In this document: piece after piece, positions 1 through 9,730 of the stretch
How the letters are laid out: the number at the start of each line of letters is the position of its first letter
Position numbering within the stretch: the first letter of the stretch is position 1
Origin: an uncultured delta proteobacterium
GTDB taxonomy: Bacteria; Desulfobacterota; Desulfomonilia; UBA1062
Assembly (NCBI GenBank): GCA_963798485.1
Contig: CAWCTR010000021.1
Coordinates: 32,001 to 96,000 of the forward strand
Reading direction: 5' to 3'
DNA: 64,000 nucleotides
Program-made: the position numbers and the translations under genes
Notes under the pieces: generated by a model
The model's database searches: none
The model's input: only the letters and a program-made list of their open reading frames with translations
Told to the model about the DNA's origin: nothing

Positions 1-140
1 TGATCGAGTTGAGGGTTGCGAAATCGGATTTAGGCAAGGTAATCGGCAAGGAAGGCCGTACGGCACGCGCAATGCGGACACTGCTCACTGCGGCATCTAC
101 AAAGCTGAAAAAGAGGGCTATGCTGGAAATAATTGAATAA
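1..140 (+). CDS. khpA: KH-domain RNA-binding protein KhpA (3' part, truncated by window start)
   Basis: Frame from nt 3 reads [28 protein letters not shown]...LEIIE*, with the KH GKVIGKxG motif; directly upstream of rimM as in the rpsP-khpA-rimM-trmD operon. Confidence 0.9.
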   Translation, partial: IELRVAKSDLGKVIGKEGRTARAMRTLLTAASTKLKKRAMLEIIE

Positions 141-145
141 GTGCA

Positions 146-649
146 ATGACGGATCTTATCGAGATCGCACGGATCAGCGGTCCTCATGGCCTGAAAGGTA
201 AAATTAGAATAATCCCTTATGGTGATTCATTTAAGAGGTTTCTCAGATATACCCACCTGATAATAGGCGAAAACGGGTCACCCCTTGAAATCCTCAGCGC
301 ACAAAACCGGCGAAGCTTTTATATTATCGAACTCGCAGGCTTAACCCACATCTCCCAGGTGGAGCCTCTCAAAGGTGAGACACTTTATATAAAAAGAGAG
401 CAGCTCGAAGAGCCTGCGGAAGATGAATATTACTGGCGTGACCTTTTTGGCCTCAAGGTCATAGATACGCAAGGGGCAGTTCTTGGAGAAATTGTGGACA
501 TCTTCTCCACCGGGAGCAACGATGTGTATGTGGTAGACAAGTCAAAACAATATTTCATCCCTGCCACCAAAGACGTCATCAAGGAGATATCACTCGAAAA
601 GGGCTGCATTACCATTGATGCATCACTCTTGGAAGGTCTCCTTGATTAA
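146..649 (+). CDS. rimM: 16S rRNA processing protein RimM
   Basis: GPHGLKG, EYYWRDLFG, TGSNDVYVV motifs; operon context. Confidence 0.95.
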   Translation: MTDLIEIARISGPHGLKGKIRIIPYGDSFKRFLRYTHLIIGENGSPLEILSAQNRRSFYIIELAGLTHISQVEPLKGETLYIKREQLEEPAEDEYYWRDLFGLKVIDTQGAVLGEIVDIFSTGSNDVYVVDKSKQYFIPATKDVIKEISLEKGCITIDASLLEGLLD

Positions 650-661
650 AGACCTTAATAT

Positions 662-1378
662 ATGAACATCAACATTATCACCCTTTTCCCTGACATGTTT
701 TCAGGCGTCTTCAATGAAAGCATGATTTCCAGGGCCATAGGAAAAGAACTCATCACAATCCACATAGTTCAATTGAGAGATTACGGCCTTGGTCCTCACC
801 TGATAGTGGATGATACACCTTATGGCGGTGGTGGGGGCATGATCCTGAAGCCCGAACCCATCACCGCGGCCCTTGAGGGCCTTGAAGAACGAGGGAGGGT
901 AATCCTTACCACGCCAAGGGGGTGGTTGTTCTCACAGGAAGATGCCTTAAGGCTGAGCAGAGAGCAAACAATAACGATTATCTGTGGTCATTATGAGGGC
1001 GTTGATGAACGGGTATCAGGGCTTTTTGTAGACGAAGAACTCTCCATAGGCGATTATGTCCTCACCGGAGGAGAGATACCCGCCATGGTCATGACGGACG
1101 CCATTGTCAGGCTCATACCCGGTGTTCTCGGCCAGGATACCCTTCATACAGGAGACTCCCACTACCAAGGCATACTGGAGCACCCGCACTATACGAAACC
1201 AAGGGAATTCAGGGGTCTTGAGGTCCCTGATGTGCTTCTTTCCGGGAACCATGAAGAGATCAGGTTATGGCGTGAGAAGAAGGCCCTTGAAAAGACCCGT
1301 GAAGTCAGGCCCGATCTCATGAGAAAAACATCGCCTGCACAGGGCTCCATTCCAGGGAAAACCAAGGGACAGCCTTAA
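662..1378 (+). CDS. trmD: tRNA (guanine37-N1)-methyltransferase
   Basis: VDDTPYGGGGGM, CGHYEGVDER, SIGDYVLTGGE, LLSGNH motifs. Confidence 0.97.
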   Translation: MNINIITLFPDMFSGVFNESMISRAIGKELITIHIVQLRDYGLGPHLIVDDTPYGGGGGMILKPEPITAALEGLEERGRVILTTPRGWLFSQEDALRLSREQTITIICGHYEGVDERVSGLFVDEELSIGDYVLTGGEIPAMVMTDAIVRLIPGVLGQDTLHTGDSHYQGILEHPHYTKPREFRGLEVPDVLLSGNHEEIRLWREKKALEKTREVRPDLMRKTSPAQGSIPGKTKGQP

Positions 1379-1390
1379 AGGGCTTTATCT

Positions 1391-1912
1391 ATGCTCAGTA
1401 TCGGATTACTTCACTGGCCGTGCCTTGACAAGAATGGTCAAGAGATAGCTTCGGCAATCACCAATCTTGATTTACACGATTGTGCAAGAGTATGCTTGAC
1501 ATACGGCATCAATACGCTCTATATCGTTCACCCAAACCAGGGCCAACTGGATTTTGCTCAGAAGATCATTGACCACTGGCTTAAAGGTTTTGGTGGGCAG
1601 TATAATCCCTTAAGAAAAAGAGCATTAGGGATTATCCGGCTCGTTCGTGATATAGATGAGATAAAGCGGCAGACAGGTGCGTTTTTGGTAGGTACATCAG
1701 CCGCCTGGATAGAAGGATGCATATCCTGGGATGAGGCCCGAAGGCGTGCCTGTTCACAAGATATGTGCCTGTTGTTTGGTACAGGGTGGGGGATATCACC
1801 GCGTCTATTGAACACATTTGACGCCGTGATCGAACCTATTGCGGGAAGGGGAGACTATAATCATCTTTCCGTACGTTCTGCCGTCTCAATAGCAATAGAC
1901 AGGATCGCGTAG
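1391..1912 (+). CDS. SPOUT-class SAM-dependent RNA methyltransferase (TrmD-associated family)
   Basis: SAITNLDLHDCAR, LLFGTGWG, YNHLSVRSAVSI SPOUT knot motifs; lies between trmD and rplS. Confidence 0.85.
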   Translation: MLSIGLLHWPCLDKNGQEIASAITNLDLHDCARVCLTYGINTLYIVHPNQGQLDFAQKIIDHWLKGFGGQYNPLRKRALGIIRLVRDIDEIKRQTGAFLVGTSAAWIEGCISWDEARRRACSQDMCLLFGTGWGISPRLLNTFDAVIEPIAGRGDYNHLSVRSAVSIAIDRIA

Positions 1913-1922
1913 GAGGTAGCAA

Positions 1923-2267
1923 ATGAACATCATAGATGAATTTGAAAAGACACAGATGAAGGAAGAACTTCCCGAGATACGCATAGGAGACAAGGTCCGT
2001 GTATCCATGAAGATCGTGGAAGGAACACGTCAGCGCACACAGTTATTCGAAGGTGTTGTTGTCGCACGTCACAGAGGGAACAATCGGGCATCCATTACCG
2101 TGCGCAAACAGTCCTACTCCGTTGGCGTTGAAAGGGTATTTCCGCTTCATGCACCGAGTGTCGAGAAGATCGAAATAGTAGGGCATTCAAAAGTGAGGCG
2201 TGCGAAACTATACTACATGAGAGAATTAAGAGGGAAGGCGGCACGGCTCAAGGAGATCCGCATCTAG
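1923..2267 (+). CDS. rplS: 50S ribosomal protein L19
   Basis: RTQLFEGVV, VGVERVFPLH, VRRAKLYYMR; SD AGGAGG upstream. Confidence 0.98.
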   Translation: MNIIDEFEKTQMKEELPEIRIGDKVRVSMKIVEGTRQRTQLFEGVVVARHRGNNRASITVRKQSYSVGVERVFPLHAPSVEKIEIVGHSKVRRAKLYYMRELRGKAARLKEIRI

Positions 2268-2268
2268 C

Positions 2269-2859
2269 ATGCCCTTGGAAGAAGATCTCATTGCACAGGG
2301 TATATGGCCTTTGTGCGGTGTGGATGAGGCCGGCAGGGGCCCTCTGGCGGGCCCTGTCGTTGCTGCTGCGGTTATCATGGATCCTAAGTCCCCTTTACGG
2401 TCTCTAGTAAGGGATTCAAAACGTCTTTCAGAAACGCAAAGAGAAAAGATCTTTGGGATGCTCATATCCTCAGATAAGGTTTACATCGGCGTTTCCATGA
2501 TAGATGCTGCAACCATTGATGAAATCAATATCCTTAAGTCAACCTTGATGGCCATGGGTGAGGCTGTCAGTAAACTAGCCATCTCTCCTGCATGCGCCCT
2601 GGTGGATGGGAATGTGCCACCGCTCCTTGATTGCAGGTGTATCACCGTGGTCAAGGGTGATGCATCGGAGCCATCAATATCAGCTGCAAGCATCGTGGCA
2701 AAAGTAACCCGGGATAGATACATGGGAAAGCTGGATGAGCTGTATCCGGGCTACGGGTTCTCCGTGCATAAGGGGTATCCTACCAAGGCCCATATGGAGG
2801 CCATCTATAGACTTGGCCCAAGTCAGATCCACAGGAGATCCTTTAGAGGTGTGTCCTAG
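2269..2859 (+). CDS. rnhB: Ribonuclease HII
   Basis: GVDEAGRGPLAGPV, DSKRL, KGD, AASIVAKVTRD, HKGYPT, HRRSF. Confidence 0.97.
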   Translation: MPLEEDLIAQGIWPLCGVDEAGRGPLAGPVVAAAVIMDPKSPLRSLVRDSKRLSETQREKIFGMLISSDKVYIGVSMIDAATIDEINILKSTLMAMGEAVSKLAISPACALVDGNVPPLLDCRCITVVKGDASEPSISAASIVAKVTRDRYMGKLDELYPGYGFSVHKGYPTKAHMEAIYRLGPSQIHRRSFRGVS

Positions 2860-3226
2860 ATCGTCCCGAGAAAAAGGCGCTATCGGCGAAGAGATAGCCA
2901 GAAGATATTTAAAGCATGAGGGGTTCACAATCCTCAATGCCAACTTTCATGCATGTTCCGGTGAGATCGATATCATTGCAAAAGAAGACAAGATGATCGT
3001 CTTCGTTGAAGTGAAGTCAACAACAAAGGACACTCAGTTCGGAGACCCCCTCCAATGGATCCCGGTATGGAAGCAGCAAAGGATCATAAGGGCCTCCCTT
3101 GCTTATTTGAAGACAAAAGGTATGATAGAATCACCGATGCGTTTTGATGTGATCACTATTGATCAGAACAAGAAGGTATTCCATGTCAGGGATGCATTCA
3201 GGGCCACAAGTCCGTTTTCTGTGTGA
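2849..3226 (+). CDS. yraN: YraN family (UPF0102) endonuclease-like protein
   Basis: GEEIA, GEIDIIA, VFVEVK, RFDVI motifs; start moved to GTG 2849 overlapping rnhB end. Confidence 0.88.
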   Translation: MCPRSSREKGAIGEEIARRYLKHEGFTILNANFHACSGEIDIIAKEDKMIVFVEVKSTTKDTQFGDPLQWIPVWKQQRIIRASLAYLKTKGMIESPMRFDVITIDQNKKVFHVRDAFRATSPFSV

Positions 3227-3653
3227 TCAGAACCTGGGTAGACTCGCCAAATGGCTAAGGATACTCGGCTTTGATGCAGAATATATGTCCCACTGGGACG
3301 AAGATTTCATGAAGCAGGCTATACAAAGCGGCAGAATCGTACTGACAAGAAGAGGGGCTTTATCAGAGAAAAAAGGCATGATGTTTATCTCACATGACCA
3401 TGTCCAAGACCAGCTTCAGGAACTTATGGACGTTCTAGATCTCAAGGACATGAAAGAACCGTTTACCCGGTGCAGTCTCTGCAATGTAAGCCTGGAAAAT
3501 ACAACTCGCGATGAGGTCAAAGGGCTTATCCCTGATTATGTGTACAATTTGCATGATATCTTCGCCATATGCCCCTCATGCGGCCGGGTATATTGGAAAG
3601 GCACCCATATTCACCGTATGTATGGTATGATCCATTTCACCCGGAAGGATTAG
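3183..3653 (+). CDS. Mut7-C RNase (PIN-fold + Zn ribbon) domain protein
   Basis: FLCDQNLGRLAKWLRILGFD, RCSLCN, CPSCGRVYWKGTH. Confidence 0.88.
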   Translation: MSGMHSGPQVRFLCDQNLGRLAKWLRILGFDAEYMSHWDEDFMKQAIQSGRIVLTRRGALSEKKGMMFISHDHVQDQLQELMDVLDLKDMKEPFTRCSLCNVSLENTTRDEVKGLIPDYVYNLHDIFAICPSCGRVYWKGTHIHRMYGMIHFTRKD

Positions 3654-3656
3654 AAC

Positions 3657-4691
3657 ATGACCAGACAAGAGTTGGAAGAAAAACTGCTCATTCTCCTCAA
3701 GGGGAAACGCAAGGTGCTCATTGCCACCCACGAGAACCCCGATCCCGACAGTATTGCCGCTGCCTTCGGACTTAAACACCTTTTTCGGAAGGTCGCAGGC
3801 ATCACAAGCGTCATAGCGTACAGCGGGATTATCGGCAGGGCTGAAAACCGCGCCATGGTGAAGATTTTAGGTATAGACCTGGTTCCCCTGAATACTATCT
3901 CTACAAGGAACTTTTCAGTAATCGCCGTTGTGGACTGCCAGCCTAATACCGGCAACCTCAAGTTGCCTAAAGGGGTATTCCCCGGCATCATCATCGATCA
4001 CCATCCTTTACGAAAGACTTCACTTAAAGCCGATTACCTGGATATCCCTAAGGATGTAGGCAGCACATCCACCATTGTCACCCAGTACCTGCGTTCAAGT
4101 GGCGTCGAGGTGGACAGAAGGGTTGCCACAGCACTCTACTACGGGATCAAATCCGACACACGCGATCTGGGCAGACAATCCACCGATGCGGACATCCGAG
4201 CATCGATCCATCTCTTTCCCCACATACTTCAGAAAAAGCTCTCCCGTATCGAACATCCGGATAAACCTAGACAGTACTTTGAAGAACTCAATTCAGTCCT
4301 GAACAGCGCAAGGATATTCGGGGATGCCATCATAGCCAGGCTCGACGTCATCAGTTGGCCCGAGATGATAGGGGAATTTGCCGACGAACTGATCCAGTTG
4401 GAAGGCATACGATGGTGCATGTGCTACGGCAGGCATAACGGTTCTGTCCTCTTCTCGATCCGGGCCAAGAGGACGAACTATATGGCCGGGGTTCTTGCAC
4501 ACAAAATTGTCCTGGGCATCGGTAAGGGTGGAGGCCATGAGACCTTTTCCGCAGGCAAGATCGATGTCGCGCAAGCCCTCAAGAAAGTGAAGGACCCTGA
4601 AGAAATCCTGGTCAAGCGATTTCTCAAAGAGGTGAATCCCAAAGGGGTCGATGCGTCGCCCCTGGTCAACTCGGAGAGGAAACCTGCGTAG
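3657..4691 (+). CDS. DHH/DHHA1 family phosphoesterase (NrnA-like)
   Basis: THENPDPDS, IIIDHH, YGIKSDT, GGGH motifs. Confidence 0.88.
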   Translation: MTRQELEEKLLILLKGKRKVLIATHENPDPDSIAAAFGLKHLFRKVAGITSVIAYSGIIGRAENRAMVKILGIDLVPLNTISTRNFSVIAVVDCQPNTGNLKLPKGVFPGIIIDHHPLRKTSLKADYLDIPKDVGSTSTIVTQYLRSSGVEVDRRVATALYYGIKSDTRDLGRQSTDADIRASIHLFPHILQKKLSRIEHPDKPRQYFEELNSVLNSARIFGDAIIARLDVISWPEMIGEFADELIQLEGIRWCMCYGRHNGSVLFSIRAKRTNYMAGVLAHKIVLGIGKGGGHETFSAGKIDVAQALKKVKDPEEILVKRFLKEVNPKGVDASPLVNSERKPA

Positions 4692-4791
4692 AGAAAGGGC
4701 ATACCCGGGTATAACGATTTCCAGCAGGTTTCTTTTATTTTTTTAGATCCATGTTTCAGCGTGAATGGCAAATGCATGAAAAGGAGGCCCC

Positions 4792-6780
4792 ATGCCCAAA
4801 CGCGGCAGCATCCACCCCATGCTCTCCTCTTTACCGCCGTCCAGGATGAGGAAAGGTAAAATTGTTTCCGCCGAGGAGGCCATCCAGGTCATCCAGGATG
4901 GTGATACCATTGCAACAGGCGGGTTTGTCAGTATCGGGGTGCCTGAGGAGATCCTGCTGAAGATCGAGGAATACTTTCTGGCCACAGGCAGACCCAAAGA
5001 CCTCACTTTAGTGTATGCAGCAGGGCAGGGGGACGGAAAAGACAAAGGGCTCAACCACCTTGCCCATGAAGTGCTTGTAAGAAGGGTCATAGGCGGTCAT
5101 TGGGGGCTCGCCCCCAAACTTGGCAAATTGGCTATTGAAAACAAGATCGATGCCTACAACCTCCCCCAGGGCGTAATCTCTCATATGTTTCGAGACATCG
5201 CGGCCCATAAGCCACGCACCCTTACTAATGTGGGCATGTGGACCTACATCGACCCGCGTTTCGGCGGAGGAAAGATTAATGAGAGGACCACGGATGAGCT
5301 GGTGGAACTCGTGAGTTTTGATGGAAAGGAATACCTGGCCTACAAGACCTTTCCCATAAATGTAGCCATTCTCCGGGGCACCACTGCCGACACGGATGGG
5401 AATATCAGCATGGAGAAAGAGGCACTGACCATCGAGGCATTGGCCATAGCAATGGCTGCCAAGAACTCGGGAGGCTTCGTGATTGTCCAGGTGGAACGCA
5501 TTGCCGAGAGAGGGACGCTCGATGCCCGGCAGGTGAAGATCCCGGGCATTCTAGTGGACTGCGTAGTTGTATCGCGACCTGAAAACCATTTCATGACCTT
5601 TATCGAACGTTACAACCCTTCATACAGTTGCGAACTGAAGATCCCCGTGCAGTCTCTGCCTCCTATGGAGATGGGGGCGAGGAAAATAATAGCCCGAAGA
5701 GCCGCCCTTGAGCTTAAGGGCAACAGCATTATCAATCTCGGCATCGGTATGCCCGAGGGTGTATCAAAGGTTGCCAACGAAGAAAAGATCCTTGAGTATA
5801 TCACATTGACTGCCGAGCCCGGCACTATCGGCGGGATGCCGGCCGGCGGCCTGAGCTTCGGCGCTTCCACGAACCCGGATTGCGTCATTGACCAACCTTA
5901 CCAGTTCGACTTCTATGACGGCGGCGGGCTCGATTGCTGTTTCTTAGGGCTTGCCCAGGCAGACAGGGAAGGGAACACCAATGTGAGCAAGTTCGGCACC
6001 AGACTTGCAGGTTGCGGCGGTTTCATCAACATCAGCCAGAACGCCAGAAAGGTTGTCTTTGTAGGCACCTTCACCGCAGAAGGTCTCAAGGTATCCCTCA
6101 GAGACACAAGACTTATCATTGACCAGGAAGGAATTGAAAGGAAATTTCTGGAAAAGGTGGAACAGGTGACCTTCAGCGGACACTATGCCATCATGAAGGG
6201 ACAGCCTGTCTATTACATCACCGAACGGTGTGTGTTCTCGCTGACAAAAGAGGGCATGGAACTCATCGAGGTGGCACCGGGTATCGATATTGAAAAAGAT
6301 ATCTTTGGCTGCATGAATTTCGAACCCATCATGAAACATAAACCCCGCCTGATGGATGAAAGGATTTTTTCTCCGTTGCCCATGGGTCTGTTGAATGACC
6401 TCACAGAACTCTTACTTGAAGAGCGTCTGACTTATGATGCGGATGAGAACCTTTTCTTCGTCAATTTTGAAGGGCATAAGATCAGAAGCAGCAAAGACAT
6501 CCAGGCTATAGAGGAAATGGTCACCAGGATTTGTTCACCACTTGGGAAAAAGGTGTATACCATCGTCAATTACGACCATTTCGATATTATGCCTGAGCTT
6601 GTAGACGAGTACACCCACATGGTGAAAAGGGTGGTAAAGAAATACTATTCCGGGGTGACACGCTATACAACCAACACATTTTTACGGATGAAGCTAGGGG
6701 ATGCCCTTAAGAAGCGCAAATTGGCCCCTCATATCTATGAAACCAGGGAGGAGGCCAGAAAGGCGCTTGTGAGCGATTAA
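4792..6780 (+). CDS. Acyl-CoA:acetate/propionate CoA-transferase (YdiF/Pct type) with extra C-terminal domain
   Basis: GGHWG, NLPQG, NLGIGMPE, catalytic EPG, DFYDGGGLD, GCGGFINISQ, YITERCVF; SD AAGGAGG. Confidence 0.9.
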   Translation: MPKRGSIHPMLSSLPPSRMRKGKIVSAEEAIQVIQDGDTIATGGFVSIGVPEEILLKIEEYFLATGRPKDLTLVYAAGQGDGKDKGLNHLAHEVLVRRVIGGHWGLAPKLGKLAIENKIDAYNLPQGVISHMFRDIAAHKPRTLTNVGMWTYIDPRFGGGKINERTTDELVELVSFDGKEYLAYKTFPINVAILRGTTADTDGNISMEKEALTIEALAIAMAAKNSGGFVIVQVERIAERGTLDARQVKIPGILVDCVVVSRPENHFMTFIERYNPSYSCELKIPVQSLPPMEMGARKIIARRAALELKGNSIINLGIGMPEGVSKVANEEKILEYITLTAEPGTIGGMPAGGLSFGASTNPDCVIDQPYQFDFYDGGGLDCCFLGLAQADREGNTNVSKFGTRLAGCGGFINISQNARKVVFVGTFTAEGLKVSLRDTRLIIDQEGIERKFLEKVEQVTFSGHYAIMKGQPVYYITERCVFSLTKEGMELIEVAPGIDIEKDIFGCMNFEPIMKHKPRLMDERIFSPLPMGLLNDLTELLLEERLTYDADENLFFVNFEGHKIRSSKDIQAIEEMVTRICSPLGKKVYTIVNYDHFDIMPELVDEYTHMVKRVVKKYYSGVTRYTTNTFLRMKLGDALKKRKLAPHIYETREEARKALVSD

Positions 6781-6805
6781 CGACTAGATGATGAAGGCGG
6801 ACTTA

Positions 6806-7678
6806 TTAAGAAAGCAGTTTCATCTCAATAAGAACATCGCGTATCGGAGCAAAAGAGAAATCTTGTAGCAATGCAGTGAATCTCTGAAAGGAAGAATCTA
6901 TTCCCACATAGGTTCTGAAACGGGAGCGAACATCCATACCCGCTACCCGTGGGGTATCCGGATTCAATTCCCAGGGATGAATGTAAAAAACAAAGCGATT
7001 AGTACTATGCATCAGGACCTTCAGGGCGATTTTCGTAAAAAAGTAGGGGAGCAAACGGAAATAACCACCACCTGATATTGGGATATTTATCGGTCCCAAC
7101 TTGAGTGTGGATAGAGGAAACTCCACAAGGGTGCTCCCTGGCAATCGGTAGGGAAACCGAGGGGCATTAGGCATGCCATAGTTATCATGGTAGATGGGAA
7201 AGATGCTTGAATCATACCTGAAGCCGAGATCTTCCAGGATGGGTAGAGCCCATAAGGTCTTGTGTGTGATGGAATAGGTGGGGGCACGATACCCTATGAC
7301 AGGCTCTCCTATTACATCCTCAAGTATATCCCTGGCCCTTGAGACGTCATCACGGAACACAACCTTATCTTGCTGGTAGATGACCTGGTGGGCAAACCCA
7401 TGACATGCAATCTCATGGCCCTGGCGGTGAATACGTCTTATGAGTCCGCGGTGATGCTCGGCGATCCAACCGAGGCAGAAAAAGGTAGTCTTGATGCGAA
7501 ACTCTTCAAACAGGTCTAGGATCCTCACCGTATTGTCTTCAATTGAAGAAGGGAAGTCAGGCCACATATCAGGTTGAATCAATCCTGACAGCGCGTGAAT
7601 CTGAAAATATTCTTCAAGATCTATGCTCAAGGCATTATTCATCGCGGATACTATAGTCAATTTCAAAACCTCTGGCAA
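6806..7678 (-). CDS. Polysaccharide deacetylase, XrtA/PEP-CTERM-associated type (DUF3473)
   Basis: SIDLEEYF, TFFCLGWIAE, HEIACHG, GYRAPTYSI, YDSS, GGGYFRLLPY, FYIHPWE; start may be ATG 7642. Confidence 0.85.
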   Translation of the reverse strand: MPEVLKLTIVSAMNNALSIDLEEYFQIHALSGLIQPDMWPDFPSSIEDNTVRILDLFEEFRIKTTFFCLGWIAEHHRGLIRRIHRQGHEIACHGFAHQVIYQQDKVVFRDDVSRARDILEDVIGEPVIGYRAPTYSITHKTLWALPILEDLGFRYDSSIFPIYHDNYGMPNAPRFPYRLPGSTLVEFPLSTLKLGPINIPISGGGYFRLLPYFFTKIALKVLMHSTNRFVFYIHPWELNPDTPRVAGMDVRSRFRTYVGIDSSFQRFTALLQDFSFAPIRDVLIEMKLLS

Positions 7679-7803
7679 CCATTCTCCCGGAAGGGATGCT
7701 ATTCAGGTAAATACTAGTTGATCTATGAAGAATAATATATAAACATCGACTCATACATCAAGAGAAGCTTGTGTGCACCTTGAGAAATCCAAAGGAGGAG
7801 ATC

Positions 7804-9603
7804 ATGGGTTATTCTGAAAAAAACGTGGCCGGCATTTTCCACAACAGGGCGGATCGTTATCAGTATGAGACATGCGTGCGGTACAAAAAAGACGGCAGAT
7901 ACACACCCATCAGCTGGAACGAGATGCAGAATATGGTTACCAAGGTTGGGCTGGGCCTCATCTCCCTGGGGGTAAATTCGCAAGATAAGGTCGGTATCTT
8001 TTCTGAAAACTGTTGGCAGTGGATTGTTGCAGACCTTGCAACGCTGTCCATTGGGGCAACTGATGCCCCCATCTATGCTACAAACTCCGGCGCAGAGGCT
8101 GCTTACATTATCAACGATTCAGGTACCAAGGTGATCTTCGTGTCGGACAAAGAGCACCTGGACAGGATACTATCCATTAAAAACCTGATTCCTCATCTTA
8201 AATATATCATTACCTTCGATCCAATTAAAACATCCGATGATGACATCATCAGTCTTGATGGTCTTATGCATCGAGGTGAGGCCGTGAAAGACAAATCAAT
8301 CTTCGAGAAGCGGATGAACGCGATCAATCCGGATAATCTCGCCACCCTCATCTATACATCCGGAACAACCGGCCAACCGAAGGGGGTTATGCTCACCCAC
8401 GGTAACTTTCACGCTAATGTGCTTCAAGCCTATGCATCACATTCTATGATCAACCACCAGGATGAGTCTCTTGCCTTGCTGCCGCTGAGCCATTCCCTTG
8501 GCAGGACTGTTTCACTCTATCTCATGATTCATATAGGTGCGGTCATCAATCTTGCCGAGAGCTTTGCCACTGTGCTCGAGAACATGCACGAAACCAGGCC
8601 AACCTTGATGGTAAGTGTGCCCAGACTCTTCGAGAAACTCTACTCCGGTATAAAGACAAAAACCGACAAGGCAACTCCTCTGAAAAAGAAGCTCTTTGAA
8701 TGGGCAATAACGGTCTCAGAGCGGGCTGTGGATTACCTTGTTCAGCACAAGCCCATGCCTCCCACCATCAAAATACAGTATGACATCGCCGAGGCCGTGG
8801 TCTTTTCAAAATTGCGAGCAACGCTTGGTCTGGACCGTATAAAGGTATTCATAAGCGGTGGAGGTGCCCTTGCTACTGAGATCGACCGATTCTTTAACGG
8901 GATAGGTGTTTCGGTACACAATGGCTATGGACTCACAGAAACGACACCTGTCACCAATGTGAACCGGTTTGATGTCTTTGAATTCGGTTCAGTCGGCCCT
9001 GCATTGCCGGATACACATGTCATGATCGCCCAGGACGGGGAGATCCTTATCAAAGGTCCCCAGGTAATGAAGGGATATTACAACAAACCCGACGATACCA
9101 AGTCGGTCTTTACACAAGACGGTTGGTTCATGACTGGGGATATAGGAAGAATTGATGAGCGAGGTTGTCTTTATATTACCGACCGCAAGAAAGACATCAT
9201 AGTCACGGCAGGCGGAAAAAACATCGCCCCACAGAATATCGAGAACACCCTTGTATCGGACCTTTTTATCGAACAGTCAGTCATAATTGGTGAAGGCAAG
9301 AAGTACCTCAGTGCATTGATCGTTCCGAACTTCAAGGAACTGAGTAACTATGCCAAAAAGCAGGGTATTTCCTTCGACTCGCCTGAAGACCTCGTTAAAA
9401 AGCCTGGGATTGTCTCTTTCTATAATGATAAGCTTAACATGCTGATGAAGGATTATGCCAGGGTGGAACAGATCCGCAGGTTCACTATTCTTCCAAAGGA
9501 ATTCAGCATTGAGACCGGCGAACTCACTCCAACACTCAAGATCAAGCGAAAGGTAGTCTCTCAGAACTTTGCCCATGAGATCGAGGGGATGTACAAGGGA
9601 TAG
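7804..9603 (+). CDS. Long-chain fatty acid--CoA ligase
   Basis: YTSGTTGQPKG, GYGLTET, TGDIG, DRKKD, GELTPTLKIKR; ATG 7804 follows SD AAGGAGGAG. Confidence 0.92.
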   Translation: MGYSEKNVAGIFHNRADRYQYETCVRYKKDGRYTPISWNEMQNMVTKVGLGLISLGVNSQDKVGIFSENCWQWIVADLATLSIGATDAPIYATNSGAEAAYIINDSGTKVIFVSDKEHLDRILSIKNLIPHLKYIITFDPIKTSDDDIISLDGLMHRGEAVKDKSIFEKRMNAINPDNLATLIYTSGTTGQPKGVMLTHGNFHANVLQAYASHSMINHQDESLALLPLSHSLGRTVSLYLMIHIGAVINLAESFATVLENMHETRPTLMVSVPRLFEKLYSGIKTKTDKATPLKKKLFEWAITVSERAVDYLVQHKPMPPTIKIQYDIAEAVVFSKLRATLGLDRIKVFISGGGALATEIDRFFNGIGVSVHNGYGLTETTPVTNVNRFDVFEFGSVGPALPDTHVMIAQDGEILIKGPQVMKGYYNKPDDTKSVFTQDGWFMTGDIGRIDERGCLYITDRKKDIIVTAGGKNIAPQNIENTLVSDLFIEQSVIIGEGKKYLSALIVPNFKELSNYAKKQGISFDSPEDLVKKPGIVSFYNDKLNMLMKDYARVEQIRRFTILPKEFSIETGELTPTLKIKRKVVSQNFAHEIEGMYKG

Positions 9604-9636
9604 TGATTAATTTTCCCCTTGCAATTTCATACTAAT

Positions 9637-9683
9637 GTCCTATATATAGTATGCTGTTAATATGATAACACTATATATAGTAT
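9637..9683 (+). promoter_or_regulatory. Tandem NrdR boxes
   Basis: GTCCTATATATAGTAT (9637-9652) and ACACTATATATAGTAT (9668-9683), 31 bp apart, match acaCwAtATaTwGtg directly upstream of nrdD. Confidence 0.85.
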
Positions 9684-9730
9684 TTGGCGAATAATCAATG
9701 TGAGTTTTACAATCCAAGGGGGAGAATTGT

